20,436 nt of DNA from Candidatus Omnitrophota bacterium (GTDB taxonomy: Bacteria > Omnitrophota > Gorgyraeia > JABMRG01 > JAFGKX01). Under the pieces are notes generated by a model that saw only the letters and a program-made list of their open reading frames with translations, was not told the DNA's origin and searched no databases. Numbering within the stretch: the first letter of the stretch is position 1; each line of letters opens with the position of its first letter. The translations under genes were made by a program, and so were the position numbers. This document shows, one piece after another, positions 8,370 to 17,615 of the stretch. Location: contig CP070655.1 in assembly GCA_020354945.1 (NCBI GenBank), positions 1,113,406-1,133,841 on the forward strand, read 5' to 3'.

Positions 8370-10129
8370 TTGTTTCACTTGAAAGATTAATTCTGGCCCT
8401 ATGCGGCCTGGCTATATTTTTAAGGCTGCTTTCATTTCGGTTTTTAATCTCATATAAAAGCCCTGAGTCTGATATTGAAAGAGTCTTACTGGCGAGTTTG
8501 CCTTCGCAGTTTGTAGCCCTTTTTATATATATAATATTTTTTCTGTTTCTAATAAAACTGATTATCCAAAGGCGCTCGCCTAATTTAAATATACCGATGA
8601 GCATATTTTTCTCGGGTTTGATTGTATTGTGTTCGCTGTCTTTAATATATTCTGTTAATAGGGATTCTACCCTAATATTTATATGGAACTTTTTGCCATA
8701 TTTCTATCTTTTTTCTATTCTATATGATTGCCTCAATACCCACTGGCGCATTATGGTATTTATATTTTTATTATTAGCAGCCGGGCTGGCTACAACCCTG
8801 GCAGGCCTTTATCATTATTTCTTAATATATGGATATGTTTTAAGCAATCTAAATATTCAGCCATACGACTATCGCATAAGAAATATTTTCAAACTAAAAA
8901 GGATTGCTGTATTTTTTGGATGGCCTAATCAACTTGCCGGTTTCTTATCCATGATGCTGCCTTTAAATATAGTATGCGCAAAACTTACTCAGAATAAAAG
9001 AGAAAAGATATATATGGCTATAGCCTGCATCATTGTATTTTTAGCTACTATATTTACCTATTCTATAGGAGGGTTATTAAGCCTGTTTATCGCAGCCATT
9101 GTTACTGTTTCATTGTATTCAAGGAAGATAACTCTGAAATCTATTAAAGCGAAAGTAGTATTGGCCGGGGTAATATTGCTACTATTTTTATCTATATCGG
9201 CAGTTGTAAATAAAAGAGCTGATAAAATAACAGCAGGTTCTTTCGCCGCCAGAGGAATATACTTTAAAAGCGCTGTTTCTATGATAAAAGATAATCCGAT
9301 ATTTGGAACAGGAGCAGGGACTTTTAAAGATGTCTTTCCAGCGCACATTACCAGGGCAATTGAATATACCGCACATGCCCACAACTGCTTTTTAGAATTC
9401 TGGACTGATTTAGGAATTGCCGGATTTTTGTTATTTTCTTTTTTCCTAACGTATATTTTATATATAATAGGATCTCGATTAAGAAAAGAGCAAGAGCCAC
9501 AAAAAAAGCTATTGCTGGCAGGATTATTTTGTTCAATAACTGCGTTTTCAATTCATAATTTAGTAGATTTTACAATATTTGTGCCCGCAGTCTCTTTCTA
9601 TTGGTGGATTATTATTTCTTTAGGCTTTGTTCTCATAAGCCCCGGCCCATCCCCGGAAAAGAGAGATTTTATCATAAAAAGACTTTTTATACCGTGCGGA
9701 ATATTATCTGTTATTGTAGCTTTTGCATTCTTATGCAGGCAGTTTGCGGCAGATATATATTTTTTTAAAGCAGAGGGTTTAAGAAACAATAGGGGAAGAA
9801 TAGAAGAGACTATAGATTTCCTTGAAATTTCAAAAAAGCTGAACCCTTTTGACGGCAGATATGCTAAGGCTTTGGGCGATTTGTATTTTAGGGAGTTTAT
9901 CCGAAGCGGTAAAGCGATTTATCTCGATAAGGCAATAGAGCAATACAGGCATTTTGTAAAACTTAATACAACAGACGGCTCTGGATATTATAATTTAGCT
10001 GTTGGTTATAATATCAAAGGGGAACATGAGTTAGCAAATCAATTTTATAAAAAGGCCCTCCTGTATCGGCCATATATTGGGGACGTCCTCCAGGGTGCCA
10101 CCCCCCAGCACAAAAAAGTTACAAAATAG
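8348..10129 (+). CDS. O-antigen ligase / Wzy_C-family membrane protein (possible O-OTase) with TPR-like C-terminus
   Basis: Polytopic. Motifs 'FGWPNQLAGFL', 'DNPIFGTGAGTF', 'HAHNCFLEFWTDLGIAG'. C-terminal 'KAIEQYRHFVKLN...YYNLAVGY...ANQFYKKAL' is TPR-like. Confidence 0.8.
   Translation: MAFKEKIVVSLERLILALCGLAIFLRLLSFRFLISYKSPESDIERVLLASLPSQFVALFIYIIFFLFLIKLIIQRRSPNLNIPMSIFFSGLIVLCSLSLIYSVNRDSTLIFIWNFLPYFYLFSILYDCLNTHWRIMVFIFLLLAAGLATTLAGLYHYFLIYGYVLSNLNIQPYDYRIRNIFKLKRIAVFFGWPNQLAGFLSMMLPLNIVCAKLTQNKREKIYMAIACIIVFLATIFTYSIGGLLSLFIAAIVTVSLYSRKITLKSIKAKVVLAGVILLLFLSISAVVNKRADKITAGSFAARGIYFKSAVSMIKDNPIFGTGAGTFKDVFPAHITRAIEYTAHAHNCFLEFWTDLGIAGFLLFSFFLTYILYIIGSRLRKEQEPQKKLLLAGLFCSITAFSIHNLVDFTIFVPAVSFYWWIIISLGFVLISPGPSPEKRDFIIKRLFIPCGILSVIVAFAFLCRQFAADIYFFKAEGLRNNRGRIEETIDFLEISKKLNPFDGRYAKALGDLYFREFIRSGKAIYLDKAIEQYRHFVKLNTTDGSGYYNLAVGYNIKGEHELANQFYKKALLYRPYIGDVLQGATPQHKKVTK
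10075..10109 (+). repeat. Left inverted repeat of the RAYT element
   Basis: 27/35 match to the reverse complement of 10822-10856. Confidence 0.8.
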
Positions 10130-10135
10130 AAATTT

Positions 10136-10161
10136 TTTCAATTTTTTTAAAAAAATTGAAA
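10136..10161. repeat. Perfect 26-bp palindrome TTTCAATTTTTTT|AAAAAAATTGAAA
   Basis: Read directly. Lies just after the ligase stop and upstream of the transposase. Confidence 0.8.
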
Positions 10162-10163
10162 TA

Positions 10164-10232
10164 AAACCCTTCTTTTTTTCGTCTATTTATATGAGGGCAT
10201 CTTTAGGATAAAAGACAAGAAAGGAGGGGTTT
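10164..10232 (+). promoter_or_regulatory. Predicted RNA stem sequestering the transposase Shine-Dalgarno
   Basis: 10164-10184 AAACCCTTCTTTTTTTCGTCT pairs with 10213-10232 AGACAAGAAAGGAGGGGTTT (20 bp, 3 G-U pairs, one C bulge), covering AGGAGG before ATG 10235. Confidence 0.6.
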
Positions 10233-10234
10233 AT

Positions 10235-10864
10235 ATGCCAAGACAAAATAGAAACAACTATGATGATTGTATATATCATATAATAACAAGGGGCAACAAC
10301 AAAATAAAGCTTTTTAGAAAGGAGGAGGAGGATTTACAGGCATGCCTGAATATAATAAAAAGGTATAAGAAAAAATTTGAGTTCTGCATATATCATTATT
10401 GCCTAATGCCAAACCACATTCATATCCTCATTAGGATTACCAAAGGCAAAGAGCTCCCAAAGCTCATGCACGCAGTTAATCTAGTTTATAATAATTACTA
10501 TAAAAAGGAATATAGCCATACCGGACACTTATATGAAAACAGGTACAAAAGCCTGCTGATAGAAGACGATAGCTATTTAACAGAGTGTGGTAGGTACATT
10601 GAACGCAATCCATTAAGGGCCGGCATGGTGAAGGAGCTTTCTGATTATCCTTGGAGCAGCTATAATTTCTATGCAAACGGAAAAAGGGATAATCTTATAA
10701 CTCCTGACCCCTGCTATCTAGAATTAGCAGATAAGCCAAAAACAAGGCAAAGACTATATCGTGAATATGTACTTCAGCCAAGACCATATGAAAAAGTTCT
10801 TGATTCTATGCTAAAATTGCAGCTGGAAAGTGGTACCTTGGAAAGCGTCCCCAATAATTCTTGA
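10235..10864 (+). CDS. REP-associated tyrosine transposase-like protein (Y1_Tnp/HUH, IS200 superfamily)
   Basis: 'MPRQNR', 'IYHIITRGNNK', HUH motif 'YCLMPNHIHIL', 'GHLYENRYKS', catalytic-Tyr helix 'RYIERNPLRAGMV', 'YPWSSY'. Strong SD. Confidence 0.88.
   Translation: MPRQNRNNYDDCIYHIITRGNNKIKLFRKEEEDLQACLNIIKRYKKKFEFCIYHYCLMPNHIHILIRITKGKELPKLMHAVNLVYNNYYKKEYSHTGHLYENRYKSLLIEDDSYLTECGRYIERNPLRAGMVKELSDYPWSSYNFYANGKRDNLITPDPCYLELADKPKTRQRLYREYVLQPRPYEKVLDSMLKLQLESGTLESVPNNS
10822..10856 (-). repeat. Right inverted repeat of the RAYT element
   Basis: 27/35 match to 10075-10109. Lies within the last codons of the transposase ORF. Confidence 0.8.
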
Positions 10865-10889
10865 CATAATTTAAGTTTTATACTATATT
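10861..10889 (+). promoter_or_regulatory. Sigma70-type promoter for the ilv operon
   Basis: TTGACA (10861-10866), 17-nt spacer, TATATT (10884-10889). SD AAGGAG at 10907-10912 precedes the ilvD ATG at 10918. Confidence 0.7.
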
Positions 10890-10917
10890 ACATACCACAT
10901 AAACATAAGGAGATGTT

Positions 10918-12573
10918 ATGCGCAGTGATATTATAAAAAAGGGATTAGAAAGGGCGCCGCATAGAGCGCTTTTATATGCAACGGGGTTGAGAAAGAAAGA
11001 TCTGGACAAGCCTTTTATAGGCATTGCCTCCGGTTTTTCTGACCTTATACCAGGGCATATTGGCATGAGAAGGCTTGAGAGAGCAATCGAAGCTGGAATA
11101 AATTGCGGCGGAGGCCAGCCTTTTATATTTGGAATACCTGGGGTATGCGATGGCATAGCCATGGGGCATACAGGGATGAAGTATTCCCTTGCTACCAGGG
11201 AGCTTATAGCAGATGCTGTAGAATCTGTAGCTATGGCTCATGCCATAGATGGGCTAATTTTACTCACAGACTGCGATAAGATTACTCCCGGTATGCTTAT
11301 GGCAGCAGCAAGATTGGATATACCTGCGATTGTTGTTACAGCAGGACCTATGCATTCCGGAATGTATAAGATGCAGAGGCGCTCACTGGTAAGAGATACA
11401 TTTGAGGCATTGGCCAAGAGGAAAGTAGGTAAGATTTCTGCTGAGGAACTGGAACAGCTTGAGTTAAGTACCTGCCCTGGAGCAGGTTCATGTCAGGGCC
11501 TATACACAGCCAATACCATGGCATGCGTTACTGAAGCAATGGGTATGTCTATGCCAGGATGCGCTACTGCCTTAGCAAACTTTGCTAAAAAAGAAAGGAT
11601 AGCAAAAGATAGCGGCGAAAGGATAGTCGAGCTTGTAAAAAAGGGAGTTAGCGCAAGAAAGATATTGACAAAGAATGCTATACGCAACGGGGTTATGATG
11701 GACATGGCCTTAGGTGGTTCTACAAATACGATGCTTCATATTCCGGCAATAGCCCATGAAGCAGAAGCTGATATTTCCCTGGATGAAATGGACAGAATAA
11801 GTAAGAAAACTCCCCATATAACAAATATCCGCCCCGGCGGGGAATATTTTATGGAGGACTTAGAATATGCCGGCGGTGTGTGCGGTTGCCTTAGCAGGCT
11901 TTGCTACAAACTTAAAAGCAATCCTACAGTTAGCGGCAAGAATATAAAACAACTCGCAAAATCTGCCAGGGTTTACAATGACGATGTGATAAGGCCTGTT
12001 AAAAGAGCCTATCATAAGACCGGCGGCATTGCAGTATTAAAGGGGAATTTAGCTCCTGATGGTTGTGTAGTTAAACAATCCGCTGTGTCAAAAGGCATGA
12101 TGACCTTTATCGGCAAGGCAAGATGTTTTGATTCGGAAGAATCTGCTATGAAAAATATTATGCAAGGGGCAATAAAAAAAGGCGATTGTTTAGTTATAAG
12201 ATACGAAGGGCCGAAAGGCGGCCCGGGCATGAGAGAGATGCTTTCGCCTACAGCAGCAATAGCAGGGATGGGCCTTTCTAATTCGGTAGCTCTTATCACA
12301 GACGGGCGTTTTTCAGGCGGCACCAGAGGCCCTTGCATAGGACATATATCTCCTGAAGCAGCTACTGGAGGGCCTATTGCGGTTATAAGAGATGGAGATT
12401 ATATTCAGATAGATATACCAAGGAGAAAGATAGAACTTAAGATAACAAAGAGCCAATTAGATGCACGAATAAAGAAGTGGAAATCTAAAAAAGCTAAGAT
12501 AACAACCGGTTATTTGGCTCGTTATGCAAAAATGGTGCAATCGGCATCTACGGGTGCTGTGTTTAAGGATTAA
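10918..12573 (+). CDS. ilvD: Dihydroxy-acid dehydratase
   Basis: 'RAPHRALL', 'CDGIAMGH', '[12 protein letters not shown]', 'YTANTM', 'GGSTN', '[14 protein letters not shown]', 'TDGRFSGGT'. Confidence 0.97.
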   Translation: MRSDIIKKGLERAPHRALLYATGLRKKDLDKPFIGIASGFSDLIPGHIGMRRLERAIEAGINCGGGQPFIFGIPGVCDGIAMGHTGMKYSLATRELIADAVESVAMAHAIDGLILLTDCDKITPGMLMAAARLDIPAIVVTAGPMHSGMYKMQRRSLVRDTFEALAKRKVGKISAEELEQLELSTCPGAGSCQGLYTANTMACVTEAMGMSMPGCATALANFAKKERIAKDSGERIVELVKKGVSARKILTKNAIRNGVMMDMALGGSTNTMLHIPAIAHEAEADISLDEMDRISKKTPHITNIRPGGEYFMEDLEYAGGVCGCLSRLCYKLKSNPTVSGKNIKQLAKSARVYNDDVIRPVKRAYHKTGGIAVLKGNLAPDGCVVKQSAVSKGMMTFIGKARCFDSEESAMKNIMQGAIKKGDCLVIRYEGPKGGPGMREMLSPTAAIAGMGLSNSVALITDGRFSGGTRGPCIGHISPEAATGGPIAVIRDGDYIQIDIPRRKIELKITKSQLDARIKKWKSKKAKITTGYLARYAKMVQSASTGAVFKD

Positions 12574-12579
12574 ACAGGC

Positions 12580-14256
12580 ATGAAACTTACAGGCGCGAAA
12601 ATATTAATAGAATCATTAATAAAAGAAAAAGTGGATGTAATGTTTGGTTATCCAGGCGGAGTTGTACTTCCCATTTTCGATGTTCTTTATGATGCCAAGA
12701 TAAGATTCATTTTAACCAGGCATGAACAGGCTGCGGCCCATGCTGCGGATGGCTATGCCAGGGCAACCGGAAGGGTAGGAGTCTGCATTGCAACTTCCGG
12801 ACCAGGGGCAACCAATCTTGTAACCGGCATAGCAACAGCGTACATGGATTCTGTTCCAATAGTTGCTATTACAGGGCAGGTAAAGACTCACTTAATAGGA
12901 AGTGACGCTTTCCAAGAGGCGGATATAACAGGTATAACACGTCCTATTACAAAACATAATTATCTAGTTAAGGATGTTAAAGATTTAGCCAGGACTATTA
13001 AGGAGGCATTTCATATAGCCAGAACCGGAAGGCCAGGGCCTGTTGTTATTGACCTTCCCGTTGATGTTACATTACAGGAAGCTGAATTTGAATATCCGGA
13101 AAGTATAGACATACGAACCTATAAACCGACTTGTGAAGCTCATCTAGGGCAGATAAAGAAAGCAGCCAAAGCTATTAAGGCCTCAAAAAAGCCCATCATT
13201 TATGCAGGCGGCGGAATTATAATTTCAGGCGCAGCAGAAGAGCTGACTGAATTTGCGCATAAGACGAACATACCTGTTACAACTACACTCCTGGGACTGG
13301 GCGCTTTTCCTCAAACCGATCCACTTTCTTTAGATATGCTTGGTATGCACGGTACAGTTTATGCAAATCATGCTGTTATGGACAGCGACCTTATTATCGC
13401 CATAGGCGCAAGATTCGATGACAGGGTTACTGGAAGACTTGACAATTTTGCCCCTTTTGCCAAAATAATACACATAGATATAGACCCATCAAGTGTTAGC
13501 AAAAATGTAAAAGTCGATATTCCTATTGTTGCAGACGCTAAGGATGCATTAAAAAGACTAATCAGGATTGTCCAGCGTCCGGAAATTTCCGATTGGCTTA
13601 AGCAGATAGAGGACTGGAAGGAGAAATACCCGCTTAAATATAAAGACGATGGCGATAAGATAAAACCGCAGTATGTTGTTGAACAGATTTACGAAGCGAC
13701 GGGCGGCGAGGCCATAATCTGCACTGAGGTAGGACAGAATCAGATGTGGGCAGCTCAATATTTTACATATACCAAACCGCGCACCTATATATCAAGCGGC
13801 GGCTTAGGAACTATGGGATACGGTTTTCCCGCAGCCATTGGAGCGCAGATAGGATGTCCTGAAAAAAAAGTATTTGATATTGCAGGCGACGGAAGTATTC
13901 AGATGAATATTCAGGAATTGGCAACAGCGGTTGCCAATAAACTGCCTGTCAAGATAGCTATATTAAATAACTACTATCTGGGGATGGTAAGGCAGTGGCA
14001 GGAATTATTTTATAAAAGAAGATATTCTTATACATTTCTAAAAGAAGGCTGCCCTGATTTTGTAAAAGTAGCCCAGGCCTATGGAGCAACCGGTATAAAT
14101 GTCACCAAGAAGGATGGAGTAAGGAAGGCTATAGACGAAGCCCTAAAGGCTGAAGGGCCTGTATTTTTGAATTTTAAGGTTCATGAAGAAGAAAATGTCT
14201 TTCCCATGGTACCGGCGGGAGAAGCAATTAATAGAATGATAGGAGGCATGGCATAA
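12580..14256 (+). CDS. ilvB: Acetolactate synthase large (catalytic) subunit
   Basis: 'FGYPGG', '[18 protein letters not shown]', 'TSGPGATN', 'RFDDRVTG', ThDP motif '[11 protein letters not shown]...NN', 'GMVRQWQ'. Confidence 0.97.
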   Translation: MKLTGAKILIESLIKEKVDVMFGYPGGVVLPIFDVLYDAKIRFILTRHEQAAAHAADGYARATGRVGVCIATSGPGATNLVTGIATAYMDSVPIVAITGQVKTHLIGSDAFQEADITGITRPITKHNYLVKDVKDLARTIKEAFHIARTGRPGPVVIDLPVDVTLQEAEFEYPESIDIRTYKPTCEAHLGQIKKAAKAIKASKKPIIYAGGGIIISGAAEELTEFAHKTNIPVTTTLLGLGAFPQTDPLSLDMLGMHGTVYANHAVMDSDLIIAIGARFDDRVTGRLDNFAPFAKIIHIDIDPSSVSKNVKVDIPIVADAKDALKRLIRIVQRPEISDWLKQIEDWKEKYPLKYKDDGDKIKPQYVVEQIYEATGGEAIICTEVGQNQMWAAQYFTYTKPRTYISSGGLGTMGYGFPAAIGAQIGCPEKKVFDIAGDGSIQMNIQELATAVANKLPVKIAILNNYYLGMVRQWQELFYKRRYSYTFLKEGCPDFVKVAQAYGATGINVTKKDGVRKAIDEALKAEGPVFLNFKVHEEENVFPMVPAGEAINRMIGGMA

Positions 14257-14257
14257 T

Positions 14258-14320
14258 TCTGTCATCAGTTATCAGTCATCAGTTACTGAAAACTGGAAAC
14301 CGAATACTGAATACTGAAAA
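14258..14320. repeat. Inverted heptamer array: 4x TCAGTYA-like plus 5x CTGAAWA-like
   Basis: TCTGTCA TCAGTTA TCAGTCA TCAGTTA | CTGAAAA CTGGAAA CCGAATA CTGAATA CTGAAAA. Fills the ilvB-ilvN spacer up to the ATG. Confidence 0.85.
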
Positions 14321-14794
14321 ATGAAACACATCATTTTGGCTTTAGTGGAGAATAGACCGGGGGTGTTGGCCCGCATGGCAGGCTTGTTTAGCGCCAGAGG
14401 CTTTAACATTGACTCTTTAACTGTTGGCGAAACAGAGGATCCCACTATTTCGCGTATGACTATTGTAGTAAGAGGCGATGACAGGACTCTTGAGCAGGTT
14501 AAAAAACAACTCAATAAACTGATAGATACGATAAGCGTAAAGGATTTTGTCAAAAAAGAATTTATTGATAGAGAATTGATGCTTTTTAAAGTTAATGTTG
14601 ACGATAAAACAAAAGACAAGGTCAAGAATATAATAGAAAAATCGAAAGATAAGATTGTAAAGATTTCTAAAGATTATATTATAGTTGAAGCTGTTGGGGA
14701 CGAAAATCATATAAAGACACTTTTGTCAAATTTAGAAAAATACGGAATAACCCATGTGACCCGCACCGGCAGAATTGCTATGGCGGTTGAATAA
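14321..14794 (+). CDS. ilvN: Acetolactate synthase small (regulatory) subunit
   Basis: ACT domain '[29 protein letters not shown]', '[12 protein letters not shown]', 'RTGRIAM'. Confidence 0.95.
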   Translation: MKHIILALVENRPGVLARMAGLFSARGFNIDSLTVGETEDPTISRMTIVVRGDDRTLEQVKKQLNKLIDTISVKDFVKKEFIDRELMLFKVNVDDKTKDKVKNIIEKSKDKIVKISKDYIIVEAVGDENHIKTLLSNLEKYGITHVTRTGRIAMAVE

Positions 14795-14854
14795 GTCCCT
14801 CCAGCGTTCCTGTTCGTCGCGCTATTCGGGACAAAATTTTTTTCGAAAATTTTG
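14795..14854 (+). other. Tandem hairpins in the ilvN-ilvC spacer
   Basis: GTCCC(14795)...AGCG...CGCT...GGGAC(14832), then CAAAATTTT-TTTCG-AAAATTTTG (14832-14854) abutting SD GGAGG. Confidence 0.5.
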
Positions 14855-14864
14855 GAGGTTAGAA

Positions 14865-15854
14865 ATGGCCAAGGTTTATCATGATGAGGATGCAAAATTG
14901 GATTTATTAAAACAAAAAAAGGTTGCGGTAATAGGATATGGCGCTCAGGGCAGGGCCCAGGCACTGAACTTACGGGATTCAGGCATTAATGTTATTGTAG
15001 CAGAGCTTAAAGGAACACCAAATTATGAAAAGTCCATTGAGGATGGCTTTAAACCTGTTTCTGCAAATGAAGCCGCAAAGAGCGCAGATATAATTCAGAT
15101 TCTCACCCAGGACCATGTTCAGGCAAAATTATATAAAACGGACATTGAGCCAAATTTAACAGACGGAAAAGCTATGGTTTTTTCTCATGGATTTAATATC
15201 CATTTTCATCAAATAGAGCCGCCAAAGGCTATCGATGTATTTATGGTTGCACCAAAGGGCCCTGGCACTCTGGTAAGAAAGATGTACGAAGAAGGCAGGG
15301 GGGTTCCATGCCTGCTTGCAATATTTCAGGAATACACAGGGAAGGCGAGAGAGGTTGGCTTAGCTTATGCCAAAGCAATAGGCGGCACAAGAGCGGGCGT
15401 TATAGAAACTACTTTTGCGGAAGAGACAGAAACAGACCTTTTTGGAGAGCAGACGGTTTTATGCGGCGGTGTTACTGAATTAGTAAAGGCAGGTTTCGAT
15501 ACTTTAGTTGAAGCAGGTTATCAGCCGGAGATTGCTTATTTTGAATGTTTGCATGAACTAAAACTCATCACGGATTTGATTTATGAAGGCGGCATTGCCC
15601 ATATGAGAAGCATAATTTCTGATACTGCTGAGTATGGCGATTATACCCGGGGCAAAAGAATAATTACAGACGCGACTCGAAAAGAAATGAAGAAGATTCT
15701 CTCTGAGATAAAAGACGGTTCTTTTGCAAAGGAATGGGTAGAAGAAAACCAAGTTGGCAGGCCGAGATTTAATGCCTTAAAGCAAAAAGAGGCAAAACAC
15801 ATGCTTGAAGGAGTTGGAAAAGAATTGCGGGACATGATGCCCTGGATGAAATAG
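14865..15854 (+). CDS. ilvC: Ketol-acid reductoisomerase
   Basis: '[18 protein letters not shown]', 'FSHGFNIH', 'APKGPG', '[14 protein letters not shown]', '[12 protein letters not shown]'. Start at ATG 14865 after GGAGG. Confidence 0.97.
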   Translation: MAKVYHDEDAKLDLLKQKKVAVIGYGAQGRAQALNLRDSGINVIVAELKGTPNYEKSIEDGFKPVSANEAAKSADIIQILTQDHVQAKLYKTDIEPNLTDGKAMVFSHGFNIHFHQIEPPKAIDVFMVAPKGPGTLVRKMYEEGRGVPCLLAIFQEYTGKAREVGLAYAKAIGGTRAGVIETTFAEETETDLFGEQTVLCGGVTELVKAGFDTLVEAGYQPEIAYFECLHELKLITDLIYEGGIAHMRSIISDTAEYGDYTRGKRIITDATRKEMKKILSEIKDGSFAKEWVEENQVGRPRFNALKQKEAKHMLEGVGKELRDMMPWMK

Positions 15855-15874
15855 TATAGGGACGTTTCTGGACA

Positions 15875-17407
15875 ATGAAAGACAGAGTAACAATATTTGA
15901 TACGACCCTGAGGGATGGAGAGCAGTCTCCTGGGGCTAGTCTTCAAAAGAACGAAAAGCTGGAGATTGCTCATCAACTTGCTCGTTTAGGCGTAGATATA
16001 ATAGAGGCAGGGTTTCCTATAGCCTCTCCGGATGACCTTGAAGCAGTAAAACAGATTGCAAAGAAGGTAAAAGGCCCTACTATCTGCGGCCTGGCCCGTT
16101 CTCTAAAAAAAGACATAGACGCTGCATATGAGGCAGTTCGTTTTGCAAAACGGTCTCGCATACATGTTTTTCTGGCAACATCCAAAATACACATGAAATA
16201 TAAATTAAAAAAGGCAGAAGAGGAGATTTTAAGGCAGGCTGTTAAATCAGTAAAATATGCAAAAAGATTTGTAGATGATGTTGAGTTTTCTCCCGAAGAT
16301 GCCTCCAGGACAGAAGAGAAATTTTTATACAGGGTAGTAGAAGCAGTAATTTCCGCCGGAGCAAAGACAGTAAATATACCGGATACTGTCGGCTATGCAA
16401 TACCCGATGAATTTGGCAGGCTTATATACAACATTATTAACAAAGTACCGAATATAAACAAAGCCACAATTAGTATCCATTGCCATAATGACTTAGGGCT
16501 GGCTGTTTCTAATTCCTTAGCAGCTGTTAACAATGGCGCAAGGCAGGTAGAATGCACTATAAATGGAATAGGAGAACGGGCAGGTAACGCATCTTTAGAA
16601 GAGATAGTTATGGCTATAAATACAAGAAGAGACTTTTTCAATTTAAAGACATCTATTGATACAAAGTTGCTCTATGAGACATCACGCATGGTAAGCAGGC
16701 TCACAGGCATAAACGTCCAACCCAATAAGGCCATTGTAGGAATGAACGCCTTCAGCCACGAAGCAGGAATACATCAGGACGGCATTTTAAAGAAGGCCAT
16801 TACTTATGAGATAATGAGCCCCTCCGATGTTGGTTTTGGAGAAACCAAGTTAGTTTTAGGAAAGCATTCAGGCAGACACGCCCTCAGCAGGAGATTTGAA
16901 AAATTGGGATATAAACTATCGAAAGCTCAGCTGGATAAGGCCTTTAAACGATTCAAGATATTGGCAGACAAGAAAAAGAATATTTTTGACGAAGATTTAA
17001 AAGCAATCGTTGAGGATGAACTGATTATATTCGCTGAACGATATAAACTTGCCGATCTTTATATAAAAGGCGGCACGAAAGAGACTCCATATGCCAAAGT
17101 AATGCTTAAAGTAGCTAAAAAAACAAAAGAGGCAGAAGCTATCGGCGATGGTCCTGTTGATGCCTGCTATAAGGCGGTTGATAAAATAACTAAAGAATCC
17201 GGCAGACTCATAGATTATTCTATCCGTTCTATTACAAGCGGCAAGGATGCCTTAGGCGAGGTTTCCGTAAAAGTCAGGATAAGAAATCAGGTGCTGACAG
17301 GCAGGGGGACGAGTACCGATATAATAGAAGCAAGTGTCAAGGCCTATCTTAATGTTATGAACAAAATAGCCTACCGGCACGAACCAAAACTATGGCAATG
17401 GACGTAG
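15875..17407 (+). CDS. leuA: 2-isopropylmalate synthase
   Basis: '[14 protein letters not shown]', 'EAGFP', 'HCHNDLGLA', 'GIGERAGN', 'HEAGIHQDG', and C-terminal regulatory domain 'GDGPVDA...GKDALGEV'. Confidence 0.95.
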   Translation: MKDRVTIFDTTLRDGEQSPGASLQKNEKLEIAHQLARLGVDIIEAGFPIASPDDLEAVKQIAKKVKGPTICGLARSLKKDIDAAYEAVRFAKRSRIHVFLATSKIHMKYKLKKAEEEILRQAVKSVKYAKRFVDDVEFSPEDASRTEEKFLYRVVEAVISAGAKTVNIPDTVGYAIPDEFGRLIYNIINKVPNINKATISIHCHNDLGLAVSNSLAAVNNGARQVECTINGIGERAGNASLEEIVMAINTRRDFFNLKTSIDTKLLYETSRMVSRLTGINVQPNKAIVGMNAFSHEAGIHQDGILKKAITYEIMSPSDVGFGETKLVLGKHSGRHALSRRFEKLGYKLSKAQLDKAFKRFKILADKKKNIFDEDLKAIVEDELIIFAERYKLADLYIKGGTKETPYAKVMLKVAKKTKEAEAIGDGPVDACYKAVDKITKESGRLIDYSIRSITSGKDALGEVSVKVRIRNQVLTGRGTSTDIIEASVKAYLNVMNKIAYRHEPKLWQWT

Positions 17408-17438
17408 CCGCTCAAGTATTGTCCGCTCGGCTGAAATC

Positions 17439-17575
17439 AAGTTTTTGCATACTTGCCTCCGCTTGTCGCTCGCTCGGGCAAACGCGGCCCTCGCTCGCTG
17501 TGGCAAAAGTTTTTTCCTATCTACCGGGATTTCGTAATTTTTGAGGAGTCGCCTCCGGCAAGCATGCAAAAACTT
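17439..17575. mobile_element. 137-bp non-coding element with 19-bp terminal inverted repeats (MITE/REPIN-like)
   Basis: 17439-17457 AAGTTTTTGCATACTTGCC versus reverse complement of 17557-17575 AAGTTTTTGCATGCTTGCC (18/19). GC-rich interior with TCGCTCGCT twice. Confidence 0.55.
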
Positions 17576-17615
17576 TAAATATGAAGGTTTTGCTAAACAA
17601 TGCTCTCGCTTTATA

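Larger units (their letters stand above)
10075..10856. mobile_element. Putative 782-bp element: RAYT-like HUH transposase between 35-bp imperfect terminal inverted repeats
   Basis: Left 10075-10109 TATTGGGGACGTCCTCCAGGGTGCCACCCCCCAGC. Reverse complement of right 10822-10856 TATTGGGGACGCTTTCCAAGGTACCACTTTCCAGC. 27/35 identical, outer 11 nt perfect. Confidence 0.7.

Noticed and set aside
14645-14680. Quasi-repeated AAGATT units in ilvN
   Set aside because: Irregular spacing, explained by Lys/Asp/Ile codon usage.
14694-14702. TTGGGGACG in ilvN, identical to the RAYT IR core
   Set aside because: Only 9 nt, encodes V-G-D in a normal IlvN position, and the match does not extend.
15855-15874. TATAGGGACGTTTCTGGACA in the ilvC-leuA spacer, loosely like the IR start TATTGGGGACG
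   Set aside because: Short gapped match that can be explained as the leuA RBS region. Too weak to call an IR remnant.
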